From Neoechinorhynchus agilis (lineage: Eukaryota > Animalia > Acanthocephala), in NCBI GenBank assembly GCA_051530055.1, contig JBMGUZ010000076.1, positions 1 to 12,009 on the forward strand: 12,009 nt of DNA, in the 5' to 3' direction. Position 1 is the first letter of the stretch. Each line of letters begins with the position of its first letter. Positions 1 through 7,990 of this stretch are shown here, piece after piece. A program made the position numbers and the translations under genes. The notes under the pieces are model-generated. The model did not search any database, was not told the origin of the DNA, and saw only the letters and a list, made by a program, of their open reading frames with translations.

Positions 1-1572
1 GATCACGCACCAGAAGCATGTTGATATTTCTTTAGTGATTAATGGGATTTCAACTCCCTTGTTGTTCAATAATCACGTTTTGCGTTCAGAAAGAGGAGTT
101 CAACAAGGGTTTCTTTGGGTTCAATACCCTTTTCACCCGCAGTAAATCCGGTCGCGCACTCCCTCCAGTCCAGCTTTAACGGCTGGTACCTGGACGATGC
201 CACACTCGGAGGTAACCCCTCCGAAGTACTGAACGATTTGGAGACACTCGTGAAGGAGAAGGCGAAAATTTTCCATTGAATCGAATGCTGCGAAATGCGA
301 GATTTTAGTGATGAACGTGGGACGACGAAGCAAACTATCATGGACGATTTTCATAACCTGGTCTCTGGGATAGAATTGATCAGTCTCGAAAGGTTGAGTC
401 TTCTTGGAAGCTGCAATTTTTGTTCTAATATTGAAGCAGCGATTGTCAATCTTCAACTGCAAATTTCGGTGCTGTGCGAACGAGTTGATGAATTATCTTC
501 ACACGAGGTTTTGTTCCTGATCAAAAACACCTTAGACGTGACTGTGAAAGCCTCTCGTGAGAAAATTTTAAATACTCAGCTGTCGAACGAGGCCTGGCGT
601 CAAGCGTCCTTTCCTGTGTAGTCCGGCGGTTTGGGTACCCGAAAAGCAGTTAATATTTCTCTGCCAGCTTATTTGAGATCGTATGAAGCAAGCCGCAGAA
701 TAGTTCATTCATTTATTGGCTAAAATTACACTTTGGATGAAGATTTCGTGGAGGCGCTTAATCTTTGATCTGGAGATTCAGGCAGCGAGCAGGAACCCGT
801 CAATGGTTGCAAACAATCAGTTTGGGACTCACCGCTGGTGGCGCGAATTAATAACTCTTTAATTTCAGATTATCGTGACCTGGCGAAACGAACTCGATTG
901 GCGGCAGTCTCTACAAGAGAATCGGGTGCTTGGCTCAACGCTATCCCAATCGCTTCTGTGGGTACCCCTCTCTCCGACGCGGCAGTAAGGATTGCAGTGT
1001 CCCTGAGACTCAGCGTACCGATTCGCTGCCGTTGCGGAGCGACCGTGCAACCGTCGGAAAGCCATGGTCTTGTCTCTCAGCAATCAGGCGGAAGGTACTC
1101 GCGAAACGTCGAAATGAACGCAATGCTCTTAGTCGTGCCCTGAATACTATGAATGCACCCAACATCTGAGAGCCGAGCAATCTTTGCCGACTCGATGGCC
1201 GTAGACCGGAAGGCGTCACAGTATTTCCGTGGCCAGGGGATGCAAATGCCTTCTCTGGAACACAATTCGCTGCCAGCGACATAAAATTCGCCACTATTAA
1301 ATCAGAGGAAGCAGCAATCGCCACTGGACCTGAGTCGAAATCATTATTTTGTTCCCTTTGGCTTCGAGATACTCGGGTCGTTTGATACCGCGGCGCAGAA
1401 CCTGGTCAAGCAATTGTCTAAGAGATTGAGACGAATCACTGGTGATCAGAGGGCACTACCATTCCTCCTGCAAAACATAAGTCCGGCTGTGTAACGAGGG
1501 AACGCTGCATCCGTCCTTTCGACCGTTACACCAGGACGGCAGCTGAGTGATCCAGAGCAGTGGCTTGAATGA
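1..1572 (+). mobile_element. Degenerate CRE-clade (RT + restriction-like endonuclease) non-LTR retrotransposon, copy 1; 5' part lies outside the window
   Basis: Manual translation across stops and frameshifts gives, in order: SERGVQQG (GVQQG 95-109, then -1 frameshift), WYLDD (184-198), WRQASFPV*SGGLG (stop 619-621), ESGAWLNAIP, decayed zinc knuckle CRCG..HGLVS..GRYSRN, RRPEGVTVFPW (RPEG 1203-1214; RPDG expected), YFVPFGFEILG (1345-1377), AV*RGNAA (TAA 1492-1494; Q expected), final TGA 1570-1572. This motif order is characteristic of CRE-clade elements. Confidence 0.87.
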
Positions 1573-2104
1573 TATTATGGCTGATACACAAGAATTACTA
1601 ATTATAATGTTAATTGTAGATATCGTATTGGCGTTAATTAATTAACCCTTCACTCTTAGCAAAAATCCACGAACATCTCCCCCATCCCAAAAAATCGAAG
1701 AATAAGCGACTTCGCAGTTTCTTTGATTGCGTGCAACACCACTGGCGCCCGAATAACCACAAAGGTCAACCTCCCAGCCCTCCTACATTAAATACTCTCT
1801 TTTTTCCCGAATCAAGTAAATAATTATCTCTCGACCCCTACTCAAAGTCACAATAAATCGGCCTATCCTACCGTAGCTGATCCATGCAAAGTGACAACCC
1901 TAAACTCATTTCTATAATTACCTTTAACTCATCCCAACTCAAATTTTCGAGTCGCCCTTGGACTTCTCTCTTTGGAATAATCAATCGTTCATTGTCGGCA
2001 TCCCGTTGCGATTCTCCCTTAATCCACCAACAGCAACGAACAATGCAACCGCAATCTCCCTCAACTCCGATCCCGTTTTCCTGAAATGCAAAATTCCCTT
2101 CCCC

Positions 2105-2700
2105 ATCGTTTTCTACTACAATACTCGTAACTTCCTTCCTAAACTAGATGAAATTTCACTCATTTCATCTACTTCAAAAACCGACGTAGTCGTCTTAACA
2201 GAAACGTAGCTCACATCCTTCAACATCGATTCAGCCCTCCTTCCCGGGTACACTTCCTTCCATAAATACCGCGAGGACCGTCCAGGAGGGGTCTCAATTA
2301 ATGTACGGCAATCGCCACCTTAATCTTTATCTCCCACAGTCTCTCTTCAAAACCCCGATTTAGAATTCATCGCAGTCCATTTCATAGCTCATCTGAGTAA
2401 CGGCCTTAGAGAATTCACCATTGCTGGCGTCTATCGCTCTCCGGCATCTCGACCTGAATCCTCTCTACTCCAAATCGACTCTATGATGGAGCTCATAAAC
2501 TCCACAAATTCGCACCACGTCTTAATTGAAGGGAAATTCAATAATCTATTTCCTCTTCTAACCTTCTTTGAGTTGCGTCAACTTATTGACTTCCCGACTC
2601 GCCTTGATACTCACATCGACAAAGTTTTTACAAATATCGACGCCTACTCATCCGCCTCGAAACTCCCTCCCCCGCGAACTCTGGCCATTCCTCTGCCCTT
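2105..2700 (+). pseudogene. Apurinic-like (APE) endonuclease domain remnant of the LINE ORF2
   Basis: YNTRNFLPK; DVVVLTET*L (TAG 2207-2209 where W is expected); GGV; IAGVYRSP (YRSP 2432-2443); IEGKFN (2531-2542; GDFN expected); FPTR..IDKVFTN; NSGH (SGH 2680-2688; SDH expected). Stops and frameshifts throughout. Confidence 0.85.
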
Positions 2701-3141
2701 ATCACTCCGTCCACCCCACCTCAGGGTACGAAATCTCCCCGTTTACCCGTCTGGGATAACCGTGATCATAACATCCACAATTTGAGACAATTATTCGAAT
2801 CTAACATCCGTACATCCCACACTGACAACATCAATGACCCTTCCTTGGCCATGTCCCCGCTAACCTCAATCATAGAAAATTCATTGGCTTCGGCAACTCC
2901 CAAGAAATTCATCAGGATCTCCACTCGCGACCCTTCATGGATAACCCCCCATTCTGAAACTTCTACAAAGGCGAGCCCATCGCAATAACTCCCCAGGCTC
3001 CCCGTTTACAAAAATCACAAACTAACAAAATACTTATCGCCCAGAAAAACTTCCTTTCCTATAAAATTTGATCAGGTGGCAACTCAACATGGTGGCGGGT
3101 CGTCAAGGACTCTCTTGGTCTACGCCACCCGGATCTCTTCA

Positions 3142-3648
3142 TCCAAAGCTTTCGACTCCGTGGACCATTCACTCCTTCTCCTGGCCTGCTCCGATTTTGG
3201 TCTCAACTTGTGGCAGATCCACTGGCTCGAATCTTATCTTCACAATCGCAAACGATACATTCACTGTCGTTCTACCTCTTCTATCAGCCTATTCCCCACC
3301 AATGGCGTACCTCAAGGTGCTGTGCTGTCACCACTTCTCTTTAATATTTTTCTAAACAACCTCAAACATCTTTCCTCTTACTCTAAACTTTTCTTATACG
3401 CCGACGATATCATCCTCATCACCCATTCACCACCTCTCCCTTTCTTTAACCTCTAAGGAAATCAGGCACATAAATGATTTCTGCGCCAATCACAAACTCT
3501 ACCTTAATTTCTCTAAATGCTTCGAAATGATCCCCTCTCCCTCCCCCAACCCCACATCATCCCTGAGCTTCTAAATGACATCCTACGAGCAACCTCCCTA
3601 AGAATTCTGGGTATCCAATTTCAATCAAATTTGAAATAGAACTCGCAC
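3142..3648 (+). pseudogene. Reverse transcriptase domain remnant of the LINE ORF2
   Basis: SKAFDSVDH (KAFD 3145-3156), WLESYLHNR, GVPQGAVLSPLLF (GVPQG 3304-3318), LYADD (YADD 3397-3408), then out-of-frame LNFSKCFEM and LGIQFQSNLK*NSH (TAG 3637-3639 where W is expected). Confidence 0.9.
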
Positions 3649-4137
3649 ATTTCACTCTCTCTCTCAAACTCAACACCTTTAAGATTTATCCCCTCAAACG
3701 CCTCCGACATTTAGGAATCCCTTCACTCGACCATAATGAAAACGCCTCTCGACCCTACCACTACAATTTCTTCCACATATCGCTCCCTTTTCACACGAGC
3801 ACAACACTCGTAATCCTAATTCGTTTCACCCTCCCTCAACCGCGCACCTCACTATATCTACGCGCTTTTTTCCATGCTGCCCAATCTTAGATCGGATATC
3901 AGAACCTGAAATGATTCTGAGGAAAGACCAACCTCACAAGCGCTATTGCGAACAATAAACACCAATTACCACAAGAACGGGCCTTCCAACCCGACCGGAT
4001 ATTCTTAATCGAACGGACACATCCTCACCCGAACGAACCATCCTCGACTGGATGGTTCCTACTCGAATAGACATCCCTCCGACCAGATATTACCTTCCAA
4101 ACGGGCATTCCTCGACTGCATTTTCCCACATTAACGG

Positions 4138-4210
4138 AGGAGGACCCAAAGGTACATGGGTCCTCCTAAACCTTTCTTTGTATCCAATAAAAGTGTTATT
4201 ATATTATTAT
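4138..4210 (+). other. LINE 3' terminal structure: perfect 11-bp stem-loop, poly(A) signal and short-repeat tail
   Basis: AGGAGGACCCA (4138-4148) is the exact reverse complement of TGGGTCCTCCT (4157-4167), with an 8-nt loop AAGGTACA. AATAAA follows at 4186-4191 and TTATTATATTATTAT at 4196-4210. Confidence 0.8.
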
Positions 4211-4242
4211 CTTTGAGATTTAAAATATTGAACTTCATATAG

Positions 4243-4750
4243 CATTTAATCCAGTTAATTGCCATGGCGGATGGAGTCACTCTTCACGGATTACTGCCAA
4301 AATGGTTACGAATTAATGGTAGACTTGTGGGCGAGTCGACCCATCTTTTTTCTTTAACTTGTACTTCTTCAAAGCTCCCTCCTCATAAGGCAATACATTG
4401 AATCGTTCAAGACGCCATGAAGGCTTCGAGACGTTGAGCTCGCTCGGTAGCGACAAATTATGGATCACCTTCTTGGAATCCATATCGGAATTGTTAGTCA
4501 TCATAGGAATAGTTTTGTTTAATAAATTGTGATGGCCCTTAGTTGGCTTTTATTAAACAAAACGGACACTAATGATGGGTGCACGCACCGCGCACACGTG
4601 GGAGGTTTTATATCGATCGGCGATGTAAATAAGCTTAAACTAAAGTCTCGGAGTCGGATACAAAGCGTTCACGTCAATCTGAATTTCTGGGGTGCATTCT
4701 TACCCAAATCTTCGTGCATTCGCGAAAGTGATGACAATGCCCGGCCATGA
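4243..4750 (+). pseudogene. Possible divergent rhomboid-like membrane protein gene fragment or pseudogene
   Basis: Frame +1 gives LIAMADGVTLHGLL...LVGESTHLFSL, resembling rhomboid TM3-TM4 (YxAGVxxGxL...LVGASGGVxAL). After removing 4511-4563, frames +3/+2 join to give LWITFLESISELLVIIGMDTNDGCTHRAHVGGFIS, resembling TM5-TM6 (AHxGG). The link between frames +1 and +3 (4370-4415) is unresolved and GxSG is not intact. Confidence 0.3.
4511..4563 (+). other. 53-nt AG...AC element with perfect 15-bp terminal inverted repeats; candidate non-canonical, MITE-like intron
   Basis: GTTTTGTTTAATAAA (4512-4526) and TTTATTAAACAAAAC (4549-4563) are exact reverse complements around a 22-nt spacer. The segment starts AG and ends AC. 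Removing it fuses an open frame +3 segment (4389-4510) to the open frame +2 segment ending at 4750. Confidence 0.55.
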
Positions 4751-4865
4751 AGACAGCAACGCATGCAGTTAATGACGTCACTACACACCGCTGAAACGAC
4801 CACCGCCGCGCCGCCAAGCAGGTGAGCATTTCCGCCTCTGCGATCTCCGAATTGCAAAGGCTCAA

Positions 4866-5201
4866 TGTGGAACCTGCCAAAGGACTTTCGAACCTTTATC
4901 TAGCGGACTTGTACGTTCGCATGGCAAACGTAACTCTCGTTGCCCAGGTTCCGGAAAACCAAATCTTCTTTTGGATCAACAGGCAGTCATAAGCAAACCT
5001 TTGGACGTCGAGTATCTCGTTATTCACATCGACCGACTAACCCAGGACGCCAATATCGAGTTCAACGCACCTCTGGATTCCCAGCAGCAGGCTCCATACG
5101 TTCCCACATCATGCTGTTCGGTTTGCAAGGGTATTTATCCGTTGACGAAAATGGGCGTCCTCAGAGTACATGGGCCCAAAGACTGCCGCTGCAAAGGGTC
5201 T
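4866..5201 (+). other. Two tandem C-x2-C-x14-H-x6-C zinc-finger motifs at the N-terminus of CRE copy 2
   Basis: CGTCQRTFEPLSSGLVRSHGKRNSRCPGS (4866-4952) and CSVCKGIYPLTKMGVLRVHGPKDCRCKGS (5115-5201) are in the same open frame with identical ligand spacing. The first lies upstream of the start given in the ORF track. Confidence 0.8.
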
Positions 5202-6033
5202 TCTTTACCCCCACATTTTTACCAATCGTCCCCTCGTAGCCAAAACACCGACTTTGATTTTATTCACAAAATGCTACCTCAGAATATCTTAGAGCGAATC
5301 CCCAAAGGAGCTATAACTCAAGTTGCGTTTAAATACTCTGCTCTTCTGAATGGTTGCGTTGACAGCCTAGAGGATATGAATTGGTTGAAGCTATACGCCT
5401 TCCCTCGCCTGGTTTTGAACACCCAAGGGTTTAATCCGGGAAACTTAACGGATTCTGTAAAAAAGAAAGTCCTGGAATTTGAGAGTGATTTCGAAAGGCT
5501 TTTTGTCTCATCCTATCCTAAACCCACTATGACTTCTAAGAGTTTCCACAAAATCCGCCCTTTAAAGGAGCGAGTTTCGGCAAAATTATCTGATGGAGAC
5601 ATCCGCGGAGCTGTTCGACTTTTAGCCTCAACCGAAGATTTCGCCCCCAGCCATGAAGCCACGTATCAGGCTCTTTAAAATAAGCACCCCAATTTTAATG
5701 GAGCGACGGTGTTTAACTTTCCACAAGTAGCGCCGGACCCAACTTCCCTCAATGAATTTAAAAGGGCTATTTCCTCCTTCGCCAACGGTTCAGGACACGG
5801 ACCTGACGGTTTGCGCTCCCAACACCTAAAGGATATGTTATCCTTCTCGACCTGTGCTGCGGGTAAACTCCTAGAATCTGCCCTGGTCAGAGTGGTTGAC
5901 CTTTTCATCCGGGGTTCTCTTAGCGAATTCGCATTCCTGCTTTTCTTCTCGGCTTCTCTCTCTGTGCGCTTTCGAAAAAAGATGGCGGGATTCGTCCCAT
6001 CGCAATCGGCTGCACTCTTCGGAGACTTGCAGC

Positions 6034-6398
6034 GAGCACGAATCATCAGTTGTTCGCAACACGGATATTAGTTCCGCAGTGGTGGCCCATGCAAAAAACT
6101 CAGGGCACACTATTGATTTTAGTACCGCTACAACACTAGTTCGCAAGGGTCGGCGTTTCGAACGTATTATCATCGAATCCTTATAAATAGGTTCGAAACG
6201 TTCGAGGGCAATAAACCTGATTTCAAATTAAGGATGCGACTCCCACCGGATGTTATGTGACGTGTGAATTGAGAATCCTTGTGTGTGTTTTAGATCGCTG
6301 AAGAAGATACGAAATAGTGGATCGAAATATCAAATCAATAAATTCTTAGTTTCATTTATCTCTCCTATCGACAAATAAAAATGAATTATCTTTTCAAC
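6034..6398 (+). mobile_element. 3' fragment of a Penelope-like element (GIY-YIG C-terminal half plus 3' UTR) nested in CRE copy 2; boundaries approximate
   Basis: CRE homology stops after RRLAA (~6034) and resumes at ~6399 (...RVAPKLGGVLKPFQLG). The insert reads EHESSVVRNTDISSAVVAHAKNSGHTIDFSTATTL...RIIIESL*I...AIN, matching the EH..SAVAxH..GH.IDF..R..ES..I..IN pattern of Penelope GIY-YIG endonucleases. A CTGAAGA...GAAA motif and AATAAA (6337-6342) follow. Confidence 0.78.
6298..6331 (+). ncRNA. Minimal hammerhead-ribozyme-like motif of the Penelope type, probably degenerate
   Basis: CTGAAGA (6298-6304) plus an extra A; stem II GAT/ATC (6306-6308 with 6321-6323) extended by C-G and G-T pairs; GAAA (6324-6327); then TATC, giving a palindromic ATAT helix III and an AUC cleavage triplet (6329-6331). 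Helix I pairs poorly at the two positions next to the core. Confidence 0.45.
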
Positions 6399-7990
6399 AT
6401 AATATGTAAGAGTTGCGCCGAAATTGGGTGGGGTGTTGAAGCCCTTCCAGCTAGGATGCTGCACACCTTGTGCTGCCGAAGCCATTACTCACGCTCTTCG
6501 CGACCATCTTGAAGTGGCAAAGGCTCCTCTGGTCGTCTTAAAGTTAGATTTTAAAAACGCCTTCAACTACTTCCGCAGAGAGAAAATGTTGGATGCCATC
6601 AAAGATTTTATCCCTTAAAGCTACCCCTACTTTTTATTGGCATACTCCAAATTCGAAATCCATTTTCAGGGATTCGATGACAGTTCACGTTCGACGATCG
6701 TCGCAGATTTTCGGCAAGTTGCTCCCGAGGTGCTCGAAGTTACAAAATACGAATTTAATCTCCTCGGAAGCCCCATTTTCGCCGAAAATGTCTCAAAGGA
6801 CCTCGAGGCCCACATACCGAAGCTCGAATTATTATGTACAAGAGCATGTGAGCTGTCGGCGCACAAAGCCTTCTATCCCCAAATTGATGTATAAGTTGAG
6901 GGCTGCTCCGTGTTTCGGGGAGAAAAGAGTTTTATCGGATCTCGACGGGGTTTTACGCTCTTTTTCAAAGAAAATTTTAAATATAAACATTGCGGGTACG
7001 GGCTGGCGGTAGGCTACGTTCCCAACCTCTTTTAGCGGCCTCGGCATCCGCGCAGTGTCTGATTTAGCCCTTCCGGCGTTCCTCTCCTCTTACCGAGTCA
7101 GCAAAACGTACGCGGAAGCCCTTTCCAACATGAGACAAAACTCGCAATATTATTTGGACGGTTTATCGATCTGGCAATCCCGGACAGAGATCCTGCACCT
7201 TCCGGAAAATGACCACAAGCAGTCGGCTTGGGACCTTCCCCTCATAAAGAAGATTCACAAATCCTTTAATAATCTTCTCGACGAGGTATCCCAAGTTCGT
7301 CTTGCGGCGTGCTCTACAAAGGAATCGGGAGCCTGGCTAAATGCTCTCCCCGCCCCGACAATCGGAACTCTTCTAGAGGATTCTACGTTAAGGGTCGCAG
7401 TTTCTTTAAGATTGGGCCAGGATATTTGTATCCCGCATCGCTGTCGCTGCGGCTCTATAGTTGACGCTAATGGCAATGTCCAGAGGGAGGTTTCCAAGAC
7501 ACGCAGAGTTGAACTCAATTTTGAGTAGAGCCCTAGATTTCGTTCACGTGCCCAATATTCTAGAGTCGAGTAATTTATGCCGCCTAGAAAGCAAGCGACT
7601 TGGCGGTGTCACGGTTTTTCCATGGTGGGAGGGAAAACCGCTTTTATGGGACGCGACTTGTGTGGACACGCTTGCGCCCAGTAATTTTCTCTTTTCAAAA
7701 AAGAGCCCTGGATGTTCAGCGGTCGTAGCTAAGGAACGAAAGCGTTCAAAATATAAAGAGCTATTAAGGAATTGTTATTATTAAAACTCACACCTCATAC
7801 AAATTAAGGAATTACCATTTCGTCGAAATAAAAATGAAATTGTAAAATAAACGATATGTTTTTAAAAAAGCTTAAACTAAAATAAACGATCATCATGATT
7901 TCGTCTAAAGAAAAGCCGTTTTTATCTCTTAAAGGCAGTATTTTCGCATAATTAACACTTCTGGACCTTAAAAGAAGATTGCGTTCAAAG

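Larger units (their letters stand above)
1646..4210 (+). mobile_element. Degenerate APE-RT LINE of the CR1/L2 group, 3' end intact, 5' boundary approximate
   Basis: A C-rich, G-poor sense strand starts abruptly at ~1646. An APE endonuclease remnant is followed by linker motifs (PSWIT, WWRVVK 3090-3107), the RT remnant, C-terminal KRAFLDCIFPH, a 3' stem-loop, AATAAA (4186-4191) and a TTA-like tail (4196-4210). No target-site duplication was found. Confidence 0.85.
4776..7784 (+). mobile_element. Degenerate CRE-clade non-LTR retrotransposon, copy 2: N-terminus present, RT core deleted, 3' truncated, interrupted by a Penelope-like fragment
   Basis: Frame +3 is open from 4776 to 5678 with two zinc fingers, RIPKGA and KLSDGDIRGAVRL. 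Then L*NKHP, GPDGLRSQHLKD (GPDG 5799-5810), KDGGIRPIAIGCTLRRLAA (5981-6034), [insert], QLG..AEAITHA, LKLDFKNAFN (6544-6567), PKLMYKLRAAPC, WR*ATFP..GLGIR, ESGAWLNALP, CRCG, KRLGGVTVFPW (RLGG 7596-7607; RPDG expected), WDATC (7647-7661), KRSKY. It ends at 7784, before the FVPF/ETLG motif. Confidence 0.9.

Noticed and set aside
1575-1645. Hydrophobic mini-ORF MADTQELLIIMLIVDIVLALIN and TTAATTAATTAA palindrome
   Set aside because: AT-rich sequence readily yields I/L-rich peptides and short palindromes; it is more simply the 3' UTR or flank of CRE copy 1.
1646-2100. LINE ORF1 remnant (YRS*SMQSDNPKLISIITF...)
   Set aside because: Only a faint resemblance to ORF1 C-termini; cannot be supported without a profile search.
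4313-4504. Minus-strand ORF MMTNNSDMDSKK... as a gene, with or without an upstream exon
   Set aside because: No recognisable homology; the + strand reading explains the TIR element boundaries more exactly. Not fully excluded.
4652-4678. Minus-strand IDVNALYPT, resembling polymerase/RT motif A
   Set aside because: An isolated 9-residue match between nearby stops, with no other polymerase motifs; likely chance.
66-7518. Minus-strand ORFs within the retroelements (e.g. 133-462, 1010-1324, 5675-6046, 7255-7518)
   Set aside because: Antisense shadows of the + strand retrotransposon coding sequence, with no independent motifs.
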